A stretch of 56,397 nucleotides of DNA. Origin: Actinomycetota bacterium (lineage in GTDB: Bacteria; Actinomycetota; Actinomycetes; S36-B12). The DNA is taken from positions 1-56,397 of the forward strand of contig CANFTO010000001.1 of assembly GCA_947449945.1 (NCBI GenBank). The letters are read 5' to 3'. Of the stretch, positions 9,554 to 19,114 are shown piece by piece. Position numbers and translations under genes: made by a program. Numbering within the stretch: position 1 is the stretch's first letter; each line of letters opens with the position of its first letter. A model generated the notes under the pieces. That model was not told where the DNA came from. It did not search any database and saw only the letters and a program-made list of their open reading frames with translations.

Positions 9554-10444
9554 TTACTCGTGAGGATCACCGGCAAGAATCTTGCGCGACTGCGTTGGCG
9601 TGGCGACAGGGCGACCAACCTCATTGGCCAGTGCTACTGCCGCTTCAACAGTTTCAACATTCGTTGCATCAGTAACGCTGGCGATGTCTTCAATGCCAAC
9701 TCGTAAGTGTCCACCCTTTTCAAGGGCGTAACGCGCCACTGATGAATCGAGTAATGAGTCACCGAAAAGGCCGACATTCCATTGGAGGGATGAGCCCTCC
9801 ATCATTGCGAGATACATATCTAGGGCTTGTGGTGTTGGTGGGAGTCCAAAATTCAGCGCGGGTTCGCCGATCTTGTAGATGCTGTAGTTGCCACCGAAGT
9901 ACAGCTTCACCATTGAACCCTTGGGGAGTTTGCCGTTTGCTTCGCAAGCAAGTGCCCACCTCAGTTGTAGGGGTTCATAAACACCTATAGAAAGCGGAAT
10001 GTTTCGATCCATCATGGATATCGCGACCTTGCGTGATGTGCTGAAGGAGTTCCAGACGTAACCATGACCTTGTGGGAAGCCATCTTCACCCATGTCGTAA
10101 GGAAGAGGAGCGCCTGGATCAACGGGAGCCATGCCAAGAGTTCCTGTCTCTGACAGAGGAATGAGATGAGACATGTGTTCTTCACCAGTGCGTCCACCCA
10201 TGATGCCCGGATACATAATCACGTCGGCATCCGCTTCCATCATGAGCGTGCTGGCGTATACCCAACTCTCAATTGCTTCTTCGAGGTTCATTCGAGTGTC
10301 GTGATGATGATGAATAATTGAAGCGCCAGCTTCTACACACGCCTTGCCATCAAGCCCCGTGGTGTTCACGTCAAGAACCGGTGCATCCGGCCGAAATGGT
10401 GAGACAGCCGCTTCAATGATGAGCGGTTGTTCGCGCTTTTTCAT
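9554..10444 (-). CDS. 3-keto-5-aminohexanoate cleavage enzyme family protein (BKACE / DUF849)
   Basis: PLIIEAAVSPFR ... IIHHHHD ... GGHLRVGIED pattern typical of DUF849 TIM-barrel enzymes. I trimmed the start to ATG 10444, which follows AGGAG; the track gives 10615. Confidence 0.8.
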   Translation of the reverse strand: MKKREQPLIIEAAVSPFRPDAPVLDVNTTGLDGKACVEAGASIIHHHHDTRMNLEEAIESWVYASTLMMEADADVIMYPGIMGGRTGEEHMSHLIPLSETGTLGMAPVDPGAPLPYDMGEDGFPQGHGYVWNSFSTSRKVAISMMDRNIPLSIGVYEPLQLRWALACEANGKLPKGSMVKLYFGGNYSIYKIGEPALNFGLPPTPQALDMYLAMMEGSSLQWNVGLFGDSLLDSSVARYALEKGGHLRVGIEDIASVTDATNVETVEAAVALANEVGRPVATPTQSRKILAGDPHE

Positions 10445-10478
10445 GATGGCTCCTGCCTGTGCGTTGATGATGGAAGTG

Positions 10479-11330
10479 TTAGTTGTTCCAGAATTCTTTG
10501 ACGCGTTCGGCATCGCGCAATCCCTGAGCGAGTCCAAGTTCGGCTGCTTCGAAAGCGATGGAAGCGTCCATGAGATTTTCTCCCCAAGCGGCACGCACAT
10601 CAGGATCGACATCAATGATCAAATGAGGTGTTCCACTGGCAACCAGTGCATCAATTTCATGTTGAGGAGCTTCGGCAACGAGAAGCACCAAGGTTTTATC
10701 GTAGCCAATCCCAAGGTCCACGCTTGTTGGTGAAAGGCAGCCGCCATCTACGTAGAAGTGTTCCCCAACTTGAATCGGTGGATAGACGCCAGGTACTGCG
10801 CAGCCAGCAGCAACGCCATGTTGAAGTGAGCCGCCGAGTTCGTGGCCTATAGCTTCAAATTCATTCGTATCAATATTGACGCAAGCGGCGCGATACGACG
10901 GTGGCCACGGTTCGTTCGCCAAATATTTGAAGGTTTTCAAGAAAGCCTCAAGTTCGATTGTTGGTACTGCGGTCCGTGCCGCTTCACTTATTTCCTTGCG
11001 CACAGCAATATCGCCATTTCGGCCGGAAGCTTGCCCGCGTTCAAAAAGTTTGCGAAAACTGGTGGTGTCGTCGGTGTCAATGTTGAGCACGGCGGTGGTG
11101 CCTCCGGCGGCAGCGCGCTTCCCTGCTGCGCGGTAGCGCTCAACTTGAGCCGTCATGTCGTGGCCGCAAGCAACCTGCACTCCAACACCTGCGCCAGCTG
11201 ATGTTCCAAGAATCAGATCGGCATCGTTGAGCCAAAGGCCTTGTTGCTGAAGACCGGCGAACCAGCCCGTTTCCCAGGCAGTTCCCACAGATCCGCCACC
11301 ACCACAAATGAGGGCTCGCGTCATGACCAT
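10479..11330 (-). CDS. patatin-like phospholipase family protein
   Basis: GGGGSVG oxyanion motif, GTSAG nucleophile elbow (GxSxG) and a later DGG motif. Confidence 0.8.
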   Translation of the reverse strand: MVMTRALICGGGGSVGTAWETGWFAGLQQQGLWLNDADLILGTSAGAGVGVQVACGHDMTAQVERYRAAGKRAAAGGTTAVLNIDTDDTTSFRKLFERGQASGRNGDIAVRKEISEAARTAVPTIELEAFLKTFKYLANEPWPPSYRAACVNIDTNEFEAIGHELGGSLQHGVAAGCAVPGVYPPIQVGEHFYVDGGCLSPTSVDLGIGYDKTLVLLVAEAPQHEIDALVASGTPHLIIDVDPDVRAAWGENLMDASIAFEAAELGLAQGLRDAERVKEFWNN

Positions 11331-11403
11331 GCTCCTTTAATCGACTTCATCGAACGCTAGTGCGGGTACCGGTGCCATGAAGGGGTTTTGAGAATTATCA
11401 AAT

Positions 11404-12279
11404 CTATTCGGACGGTGGCCACGGTGCACCGACTGCACTACGCACTGGAAAGAGCCCTGCTTCAATGATGTGAGCACTTAATTTGTAGGTGCAGCTTCGC
11501 ACGGATTCAAGTTCAGCTTCACTCAATTGGTTCCATGCGTTCATGCATGCGTGGTCAGTGCGAAGTTCGATATCCTCCCGTAAACCAATGCCCGCTGCAC
11601 TGATCGAAGCGTCAGGATTGAGAAGACCGCGTTCCTGAAGTTGAGTTTGAGCAACTTCCCAGCGTGAATCGTCAAGCCCACGTGTTGCGCGCAATAAATC
11701 AACGTCGTACTTTGCCGCGCCCCAAGTAGCGGAGAGCACCTGCGCTTCATCGACGGTGAGATTGTTGGCAACCAACGTAGCCACGTGCGCATCGCCTCGA
11801 TATTCGCGAAGAGTATTCCAAGCTCGCCATAACTTTGCCCAAGGTTCATCTGGTGAGGTCACGGCCTTATTGCCGGCTGCCAAAGGTCGACCAGAAACGT
11901 CAAGGTTGGAAACAAGCGTCGCTAGGAGTTCACCAACCTGAGCGATTTCTTGAAGATTTTGGGAGTCGGCGAATACCCGTTGCGCCATGACGGAAATAGC
12001 TGCATGTGTTGATTCGATCACTGTTGCAGGTGAAGTGACTTCCCATGCCGACGTAAGCCCATCTTGCAATCGCTCGAGCGCGAAACCATGGAAGGCGGCG
12101 GCAAAAATTGCAGTATTCGCTGCACCCATAGGTGCGCCCCGCACAGCGAAGAACGCTGCACCTTTTGGAATACCGAGTTCGGTAATTGAGATAAGGCTTT
12201 CTTTACAGATCAACCCAGTAGCAACAAAAGGTTCCGATGTAGACCACATCTTTCGGGCAACCGTGCTCGGATAGGTCAT
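11404..12279 (-). CDS. conserved hypothetical protein (SCO6745-family-like)
   Basis: 291 aa. The N-terminal ARKMW..EPF pattern and the REYRGDAH motif recall the actinobacterial SCO6745 family. This is from memory only. Confidence 0.45.
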   Translation of the reverse strand: MTYPSTVARKMWSTSEPFVATGLICKESLISITELGIPKGAAFFAVRGAPMGAANTAIFAAAFHGFALERLQDGLTSAWEVTSPATVIESTHAAISVMAQRVFADSQNLQEIAQVGELLATLVSNLDVSGRPLAAGNKAVTSPDEPWAKLWRAWNTLREYRGDAHVATLVANNLTVDEAQVLSATWGAAKYDVDLLRATRGLDDSRWEVAQTQLQERGLLNPDASISAAGIGLREDIELRTDHACMNAWNQLSEAELESVRSCTYKLSAHIIEAGLFPVRSAVGAPWPPSE

Positions 12280-12373
12280 GTCCTACTCCTTCTTTTTATA
12301 AATCTGAGGTTTCGCTGAAGAATCGAACCCTTGGGTGGATTCACGAGAGATTCCGTGTTCTACTTATCAAACT

Positions 12374-12478
12374 ATGTTGCTTGGAGCCATTGAATCAGTT
12401 GCCGTAATCGGTCTCGTCATTTTCGGTGTGATCATGTTTGTGCGCTGGGCGATCAATGAAGGCGGCAAGCGTTCCTAA
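12374..12478 (+). CDS. possible 34-aa single-TM peptide
   Basis: Manual translation: MLLGAIESVAVIGLVIFGVIMFVRWAINEGGKRS. It is too short for the ORF track and has no clear SD. Its stop overlaps the convergent SDR stop. Confidence 0.2.
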   Translation: MLLGAIESVAVIGLVIFGVIMFVRWAINEGGKRS

Positions 12479-13323
12479 AAGAGCGTTGCTTCACCTGATG
12501 CTCGAACAGTGATGTCGCTGATGAGCACCCCCCACGGCTGATCAATCACATAAAGGATTGCATCAGAAATGTATTCGGGCGCAAGTGAGAAGTAGCCGAC
12601 TGATTCTGGGCTTGCAAGTTCCTCAGGTAGCGTGCCACTCATCATCATCTTCATTTTTTCTTGTGATGCGTCGTTGTGGTGACCGAGCATGCCAATCACC
12701 GCTTTGAAGTTAACGATTGATTTCACAAGCCCTGTCGCAGCAACTCCCGTTGGGCGAACAACCGAAACCTTGATCTTTCCTTGGGTTTCCATGCGCAAGG
12801 AATCAGAAATCATGTTTACGGCGCTCTTTGTTGCGCCGTACACAGCTGAACCTTCAGTTGGTGAATTTCCGTAGGTAGATGAAACGTTTATGACGTGACC
12901 ACGACCTTGTTTGATCATCTGCTCGTACACAGCTGCGATGCCATGCACGACGCCTTTGATGTTGATGTCAATAGCCCGATCCCAAGCACCCGCGGCCTTC
13001 TCATGATCGGAGAAGAATGCCAAAGGCATAATCCCCGCGTTATTGATCATGACATCGATACGACCAAATTTCTCAACTGCCAGCGCAGCTCCGGCCTGCA
13101 TGTCTTCAAGTTTGGAAACATCGGCCTTCTGCCATGCCACTTTGTAGCCTTGGGCAGCCAGGGGAGCGAACGTTTCCTCAAGGCTTTCTTCGTTGATGTC
13201 TAAGCCCACCACAGATGCACCACGCGCAGCTGCTTGCTCGGCGACTAATTTGCCAAAGCCATTTGCCGCGCCAGTGAGGACGATGACTCGATCGGCAATT
13301 CGATCTGCTGTTTGGTTACTCAC
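12475..13323 (-). CDS. SDR family oxidoreductase
   Basis: TGAANGFG cofactor motif, NNAG, and a YGATK catalytic Yxx(x)K. Confidence 0.9.
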   Translation of the reverse strand: MSNQTADRIADRVIVLTGAANGFGKLVAEQAAARGASVVGLDINEESLEETFAPLAAQGYKVAWQKADVSKLEDMQAGAALAVEKFGRIDVMINNAGIMPLAFFSDHEKAAGAWDRAIDINIKGVVHGIAAVYEQMIKQGRGHVINVSSTYGNSPTEGSAVYGATKSAVNMISDSLRMETQGKIKVSVVRPTGVAATGLVKSIVNFKAVIGMLGHHNDASQEKMKMMMSGTLPEELASPESVGYFSLAPEYISDAILYVIDQPWGVLISDITVRASGEATLF

Positions 13324-14798
13324 TTCTTCACTCCTGGGCGTGGACCGGCGATAATGACGGACTTAGGTCGGATGAATTCTTCAATGCCTGGCTTGCCACC
13401 TTCGCGACCAAAGCCACTCTCGCCTAATCCACCAAATGGGGTGTTTGGTACGACTGGGTAGGCACCATTGACATAAACCGATCCCGCACGAAGTTCCTCA
13501 GACACTCGGTGGACTAAATTGAGATCGTTGCTGTGAATGTAAGCAGCCAAACCAAACTGAGTGGCGTTAGCGATAGCGATTGCTTCTTCTTCGGTCTTGA
13601 ACTTAATCACTGCACAGACCGGGCCGAAGACTTCATTCATGGCAAGGGATGAGTTCGGATCGACATCGACAAACAGTGTTGGCGCGATGAAGTTTCCGCC
13701 TGCTAACTCACCACCCAATTTTGTTCCACCAGTGAGCAACGTTCCATCGCCATTGGCTTTTGCCTCGTCAATGAGTCCGAGAATTCGTTGGGTCGCTGCC
13801 GCATTCACGACTGGACCCATCACATTGCCTCGTACTGTTGGGTCGCCGATAGCTAATGCTTCTGCGCCGGCTTTGAGTCGTGGAATAACTTCGTCGTAAA
13901 TATCTTCATGCAATAAAACGCGCGAACCCATGATGCAGGCCTGTCCGCTTAGATTTGCCAGCCCACCGGTCACAACCTCGTGAACAGCAACGTCGAGATT
14001 TGCATCTGGAAAAATAATGTTCGCACTCTTACCGCCGAGTTCCATCACTGAAGGTTTCAAGTGCTGTGCGCATGACGCCATGATGATGCGAGCGGTTGCT
14101 GGGCCACCCGTGAAGCTAACTTTTTGTGTGAGTGGGTGGGCGACGAGAGCGGCTCCTGCTTCTGCAGTTCCGGGCACCATGTTGATCACGCCTGAGGGGA
14201 TTCCCGCTTCATCTGCGAGACGAGCAAAAATTTCGGGTGTGAACGGTGTCATTTCAGATGGCTTAATTACCACAGTGTTGCCAGCAGCAAGTGCTGGTCC
14301 GATCTTCATCGCAACCGAGAGCAATGGAACGTTCCAAGTGGTGATGACTGCAATGACGCCATAAGGCTCTGGCAATGTGTAGGTGAAATCGCCACCGTGA
14401 ATCATTGAATTGCTGACAGTTCCTTCAAGTTTGTCTGCCCAACCGGCGTAGTAAGAAATCCACTGACGAGTGAGCCACACCTGGGTCGTGGCTAATCCAA
14501 TCGCGACTCCATTTTCTAGGGCAGCAGCTGCTGCGATCTCCTTTCTCGCTTGGCCCATCAGCTCTGCCAACTTCAGGAGTGCATCGCGGCGCACCGCAGG
14601 TGGCGTACGCCGCCAGATCTGGAATGCAGCCTGGGCTGCTTCGCAGGCAGCTCCCACTTCTGCGGGGCCAGCTAGTGGAACCTCTGCTTGAACCTGGCCA
14701 GTGGATGGATTCACATGCTGATGCACGCCGCCCGAACCAGTGGTGAGGTGCTGGTCACCAATACGCAGGTGGACCTGTGGCAGGGCGGGATTGGTCAT
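13320..14798 (-). CDS. NAD(P)-dependent aldehyde dehydrogenase
   Basis: 492 aa with ELGGKS, GQACI (catalytic Cys) and EEFGP-like motifs. 4-nt overlap with the downstream SDR. Confidence 0.9.
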   Translation of the reverse strand: MTNPALPQVHLRIGDQHLTTGSGGVHQHVNPSTGQVQAEVPLAGPAEVGAACEAAQAAFQIWRRTPPAVRRDALLKLAELMGQARKEIAAAAALENGVAIGLATTQVWLTRQWISYYAGWADKLEGTVSNSMIHGGDFTYTLPEPYGVIAVITTWNVPLLSVAMKIGPALAAGNTVVIKPSEMTPFTPEIFARLADEAGIPSGVINMVPGTAEAGAALVAHPLTQKVSFTGGPATARIIMASCAQHLKPSVMELGGKSANIIFPDANLDVAVHEVVTGGLANLSGQACIMGSRVLLHEDIYDEVIPRLKAGAEALAIGDPTVRGNVMGPVVNAAATQRILGLIDEAKANGDGTLLTGGTKLGGELAGGNFIAPTLFVDVDPNSSLAMNEVFGPVCAVIKFKTEEEAIAIANATQFGLAAYIHSNDLNLVHRVSEELRAGSVYVNGAYPVVPNTPFGGLGESGFGREGGKPGIEEFIRPKSVIIAGPRPGVKK

Positions 14799-14882
14799 GA
14801 TTGATCCTCTTTGAGCGGCAAAAGTCGATTTTCCAATCAGGAATATGCCACATCTTTGGGGAGGTGTGAAGGGGGGATTTGA

Positions 14883-15521
14883 TCACTCTGGCAGGTTCAC
14901 GCGTAGCCATTCCACCCAAGGGCTGGCTGCCTTCCAGGCAGTGGTGATGTGTATAAGGCATTCGGGGGTAAAAAGCCATGGCTGCGGCGCCCAATGCTGG
15001 AAAAGCGCCAAGCTCTTCAGACGCAGAAGATCGATATTTGGATGATCTTTATCAAATCCTCGCGGTGCCGATTTCAATGCGCTCTCGGCGTTCAACTCAA
15101 ACCCTGATTTTTGTACTGTGGCAAGTACCTTGCGAATTTCCTTCGCGCCAATATCGCTATCCGCAATTTTACGAAAAATAGTGAGTTGATTCTTAGTTGG
15201 TTGAAAGGTTCCGCTACCCAACAACATTCCATCGGCGTCTAATCGCAGGTAGTACGCAGCGTTGCCAACATTATTTGCGATCAGCGATGCATGTTCATTG
15301 AGTGGCGGAAGGTCTGGCCAAAACCGGACGTTCCGATACGGACGAAATACTTTGACAGGAAAGTATTTCGCCTCAAGTTCGCTTGCTAAGGCTTTCAAGG
15401 GAAAGGCAACGTTTGTGTCGTATATACCGCGATTTGCATGGAACCATTCGCGGTTGTTGTTTTCTTCAAGGGCCAAGTAGTACTTCACCGTATCGTGGCC
15501 GAAGCCGTTGAATCCAATCAT
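14883..15521 (-). CDS. DUF2461 domain-containing protein
   Basis: FGHDTVKYYLALEENNNREWFHANRGIYD is the characteristic DUF2461 (TIGR02453-like) N-terminus. I trimmed the start to ATG 15521. Confidence 0.7.
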   Translation of the reverse strand: MIGFNGFGHDTVKYYLALEENNNREWFHANRGIYDTNVAFPLKALASELEAKYFPVKVFRPYRNVRFWPDLPPLNEHASLIANNVGNAAYYLRLDADGMLLGSGTFQPTKNQLTIFRKIADSDIGAKEIRKVLATVQKSGFELNAESALKSAPRGFDKDHPNIDLLRLKSLALFQHWAPQPWLFTPECLIHITTAWKAASPWVEWLRVNLPE

Positions 15522-15531
15522 GTGCTTTGCC

Positions 15532-16206
15532 TTAGACGAGTAACTGTTCGAAGAAGCTGCCGATGTTGTGTTGCGGACTGACCAGGTGCACTTCCAGAAT
15601 CCAGTTCCAAGAATTACCTGCACCGTCCATGCGCTGGAGTGGCAATGTGTTGTCAGCGGTGAGGTACGACGTCACTTTGTCATCCTCAATTCGTTCATGC
15701 GGAAATTCTCCTATGAGGTGACCAACATGGCGTTGCTCACCTAGTACATATCCCGAGTCGCATGCTTCCTTGCTGACGAATGCATAGAGTTCATGTGCCT
15801 TTATGTTTGGGTTTGCTATCGCAAAACCTCTTCCGAGATTCCAAATACGTTCGGCATCATTGCGTAACCGCAGTTTGATCGGGTCATTTCCGATGACATA
15901 TGTGCGACCAAAGTCAGCTTCCCAGTTTGAGAAGACTGGGCCAAAGTCGAGAAAGAGAATGTCATCGTCAGTGAATGTACGAACTTCAGGATTCACGCGA
16001 TATGGGTGAACGGTGTTTGGACCGGATCGAACGATGCGCTTATGCCAAAACTTTTCAACACCGAAATTCTCAAACGCGAGATCCTTAATGCCATCACTTG
16101 CGAAAAGTTCGGTCTTGCCCGCGGAAAGCAGCCCTTCGTCAATTGCCATTTGGAACAGTTGAGCGGCCATATGTTCAGCCTCACGCAGCTTGTGAACTCG
16201 AGACAT
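15532..16206 (-). CDS. M24 family metallopeptidase (catalytic pita-bread domain only)
   Basis: A DFGP...DFGRT metal-ligand aspartate pair, then a later H and E..E. It lacks the creatinase-type N-domain. I trimmed the start to ATG 16206. Confidence 0.65.
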   Translation of the reverse strand: MSRVHKLREAEHMAAQLFQMAIDEGLLSAGKTELFASDGIKDLAFENFGVEKFWHKRIVRSGPNTVHPYRVNPEVRTFTDDDILFLDFGPVFSNWEADFGRTYVIGNDPIKLRLRNDAERIWNLGRGFAIANPNIKAHELYAFVSKEACDSGYVLGEQRHVGHLIGEFPHERIEDDKVTSYLTADNTLPLQRMDGAGNSWNWILEVHLVSPQHNIGSFFEQLLV

Positions 16207-16273
16207 GAATTTCACGCTACACCGTTTAGTGTCTGTGGTTAGGTCAGGCATAAGCGTGCGGCATGATCAGTCC

Positions 16274-17329
16274 ATGAGCCAAGCCCGTCCGCGTATCGAG
16301 TGGATGGATGTCATCAAGGCAACCGCTGTTGTTGTCATTGTGCTGTCGCACGCGGTAGATCTCACTGCACCAGTTGCAAGTGGGGGTGTTGCTCAGACGG
16401 TCTGGCAGATCCTCATGACAATCCTTGAGCCGATGCGCATGCCGCTCTTCTTCATGATCTCGGGCATGTTGGCCGTATCTGCGCTGAAGCGACCTTGGAA
16501 CAAGATTCGACGCCGAACCTGGGGAATGGCCTATCTCTATGTGGTGTGGAGTGTGATTTTCTTCGCAGTTGTTGCTTGGTACGAACGTGCTCCATGGATC
16601 AACCACATTCTCGAATATTTGCGTCTCATGCTGATTGCCGGAGATGGCTATTGGTATCTCTACGCAATGGTGCTGTACTTCTGCATCGTTAAATTAACCA
16701 ATCGATGGCCGATTTGGATTCTCTTTGCCGTTGCCATCGCTTTGAATCTTGCCAAAGAACCGTTACTTAATTTCAATCGAGATCATTTGTTAGGCCCGGG
16801 CTCTGGATCAATGTTCATCAAGATCTTGATCAACTTTGTTTTCTATTTAATTGGCGTGCACTTTAAGAGCATCATTGAACGCATCGCCACCTATGCGACC
16901 TGGCCACGCATGCTTGGCATTGTTGTCGCGCTATCGGCTATTGGAATTTGGCGATTCAACACTCCGTGGACATGGGAGCAGTCACTTCTTCCAGCAAATC
17001 TGTTGTACATCGTGTTGGCTGTGATGCTCGCGTCCACTTTGGTGGTTTATCCCAAGGTGCGCGCGTATGGCACACGCATCGGCCGCCAAACATTGCCGAT
17101 ATTTGTGGTGCAGTTTCCCTTTATGTTGATTCTGCAGCAGTGGTTCAAGAATGAGTCAATGCTGTACCAGAACCAATGGTTTATTGCACTCTTCCCCTTA
17201 GCTTTCTTGGCTTTTGATATTGCGTTTGCACTCACGTTGCACAGCCTGACAAAGAACAATGTAGGTCGTTATTTGTTTGAAGTACCTCACTGGGTTGCTC
17301 GTGACGAGCGATCACATACTTCTATTTAA
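16274..17329 (+). CDS. acyltransferase family protein (AT3 / Acyl_transf_3, membrane O-acyltransferase)
   Basis: RPRIEWMDVIKA...VLSH N-terminus and about 10 TM segments. I took the start at ATG 16274 by alignment with the paralog at 25859. Confidence 0.8.
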   Translation: MSQARPRIEWMDVIKATAVVVIVLSHAVDLTAPVASGGVAQTVWQILMTILEPMRMPLFFMISGMLAVSALKRPWNKIRRRTWGMAYLYVVWSVIFFAVVAWYERAPWINHILEYLRLMLIAGDGYWYLYAMVLYFCIVKLTNRWPIWILFAVAIALNLAKEPLLNFNRDHLLGPGSGSMFIKILINFVFYLIGVHFKSIIERIATYATWPRMLGIVVALSAIGIWRFNTPWTWEQSLLPANLLYIVLAVMLASTLVVYPKVRAYGTRIGRQTLPIFVVQFPFMLILQQWFKNESMLYQNQWFIALFPLAFLAFDIAFALTLHSLTKNNVGRYLFEVPHWVARDERSHTSI

Positions 17330-17629
17330 TTACGTGAAGTCGGGGAGAGTGAAGCGCACGTGCACTTGAGCGCCTTCACTAATTTTTTCTTTGCTACGGA
17401 TTTCCTTCTTTAACGGAAGTATGTACGAGCCAGATTTGGTGTCGCGAAAAAGCGAGGTACTCCAAGTTGATTTGCCGATGGTTACATTCACGCGAACAGA
17501 TCCGAATCCACGACGTGTGCCAGCTGTTCTCGCTTGAATTTCATCAGCTAAATCAACAGGCATGGTGGTGAAGTACCAGGTACCTTCACTTGAATAGATC
17601 CACACCACGCTCGTGAATGTGAACTCCAT
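17330..17629 (-). CDS. DUF1905 domain-containing protein
   Basis: MEFTFTSVVWIYSSEGTWYFTTMPVDLADEI is typical of DUF1905. I trimmed the start to ATG 17629, which lies 7 nt after the acr3 stop. Confidence 0.7.
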   Translation of the reverse strand: MEFTFTSVVWIYSSEGTWYFTTMPVDLADEIQARTAGTRRGFGSVRVNVTIGKSTWSTSLFRDTKSGSYILPLKKEIRSKEKISEGAQVHVRFTLPDFT

Positions 17630-17636
17630 AAGCAAA

Positions 17637-18710
17637 TTATGTGCTTCTGGCCTGCATCTTGCGTCGCAACCACAAAGACACGTACACCAATGCCACGAGC
17701 GCGGGAACTTCAATGAGGGGCCCAACAACTCCGGCTAACGCCTGGCCACTGGTGATTCCCCATACGCCAATGCTCACTGCTATCGCTAGTTCAAAATTAT
17801 TGCCAGCAGCGGTGAATGCCAATGTGGCAGTTTTTGGATAGCCAAGGCGGCTCTTAACGCCAAGGGCAAAGGCAATACTCCACATGATTGCGAAATACAC
17901 CAAAAGTGGAATCGCAATACGCAGGACTGATCCGAAGTTAGACACCACAGCTTCGCCTTGGAGGGTAAACATCACCACGATCGTGAAGAGCAATCCATAC
18001 AGTGCAAATGGACCAATGCGTGGTGCAAAAACTGTGTCGTACCAAACCTTGCCCTTGACTTTTATGCCTATCTTGCGAGTGAGAAATCCAAGTGCGAGTG
18101 GAATTCCTAAGAAAATCAGTACTGCTTTGCTGATTTCCCATGTGGAGAACACAACATCTTGAGTACTCAAACCCAACCATCCGGGCAGGATTGCAAGATA
18201 GAACCAGCCGAGAAGTGCGTATGCCAATATCTGAAATACGGAGTTAATGGCAACCAGGAGTGCACCAGCCTCCGGATCACCGCACGCAAGGTCATTCCAG
18301 ATCAGCACCATGGCAATGCATCGCGCAAGACCGATAACGATGAGCCCAGTTCGAAATGCCGGCTGATCAGGCAAGAAGATCCAAGCAAGCGCAAACATGA
18401 GCAGCGGGCCAATAAGCCAGTTGAGTACCAAGCTCAAACTCAGAAGTCTGCGGTCACCTGTGACATGACCCATGTCTTCGTAGTGCACTTTTGCCAGTAC
18501 TGGATACATCATGAGTAGCAAGCCAAAGGCAATTGGTAGTGATGTCTGTCCGATCTTTACGGCATCGAGCCAAGTTTGCGCATCGGGAATGAATTTTCCG
18601 ATAGCTAAACCACCCACCATTGCGGCAATGATCCAGATGGGAAGAAAGCGATCAAGAAATGAAAGCTTCTCAATGACGTGATCAGCGGCAACCGCTTTGT
18701 CTTGCGTCAT
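17637..18710 (-). CDS. acr3: ACR3 family arsenite efflux transporter
   Basis: 357 aa, 10-TM pattern, and the conserved LARCIAMV Cys-containing motif of ACR3. It sits in an ars operon. Confidence 0.9.
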   Translation of the reverse strand: MTQDKAVAADHVIEKLSFLDRFLPIWIIAAMVGGLAIGKFIPDAQTWLDAVKIGQTSLPIAFGLLLMMYPVLAKVHYEDMGHVTGDRRLLSLSLVLNWLIGPLLMFALAWIFLPDQPAFRTGLIVIGLARCIAMVLIWNDLACGDPEAGALLVAINSVFQILAYALLGWFYLAILPGWLGLSTQDVVFSTWEISKAVLIFLGIPLALGFLTRKIGIKVKGKVWYDTVFAPRIGPFALYGLLFTIVVMFTLQGEAVVSNFGSVLRIAIPLLVYFAIMWSIAFALGVKSRLGYPKTATLAFTAAGNNFELAIAVSIGVWGITSGQALAGVVGPLIEVPALVALVYVSLWLRRKMQARST

Positions 18711-19114
18711 GAAATTGGTAGCAATTCAGTTATGAGTTGCTCAATTCGTCCGCGAATTTCATCGCGAATTGGGCGTACAGAATCAGGGCCTTGACCGGCT
18801 GGATCTTCGAGTTTCCAGTCTTCATAGCGTTTGCCCGGGAAAATTGGGCAGGCGTCACCGCAACCCATCGTGATTACGACATCGGATGCCTGTACAGCTT
18901 CAACGGTAAGCACCTTTGGAACTTCAGCAGCGATATCGATGCCGTCTTCCTTGAGGACTTCAACAACGGCAGGGTTGACGGAATTAGCCGGTGCGGATCC
19001 AGCGGAGCGCACTTCAATTGCTCCGTTGGATAAAGCTGTGAGGTATGCAGCGGCCATTTGCGATCGACCGGCGTTATGCACGCAGACAAAAAGAACTGAA
19101 GGCTTCGTCGACAT
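18707..19114 (-). CDS. arsC: arsenate reductase, LMW-PTP type
   Basis: CVHNAGRSQMA P-loop (CX5R) and a GCGDACP segment. 4-nt overlap with acr3. Confidence 0.9.
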   Translation of the reverse strand: MSTKPSVLFVCVHNAGRSQMAAAYLTALSNGAIEVRSAGSAPANSVNPAVVEVLKEDGIDIAAEVPKVLTVEAVQASDVVITMGCGDACPIFPGKRYEDWKLEDPAGQGPDSVRPIRDEIRGRIEQLITELLPIS

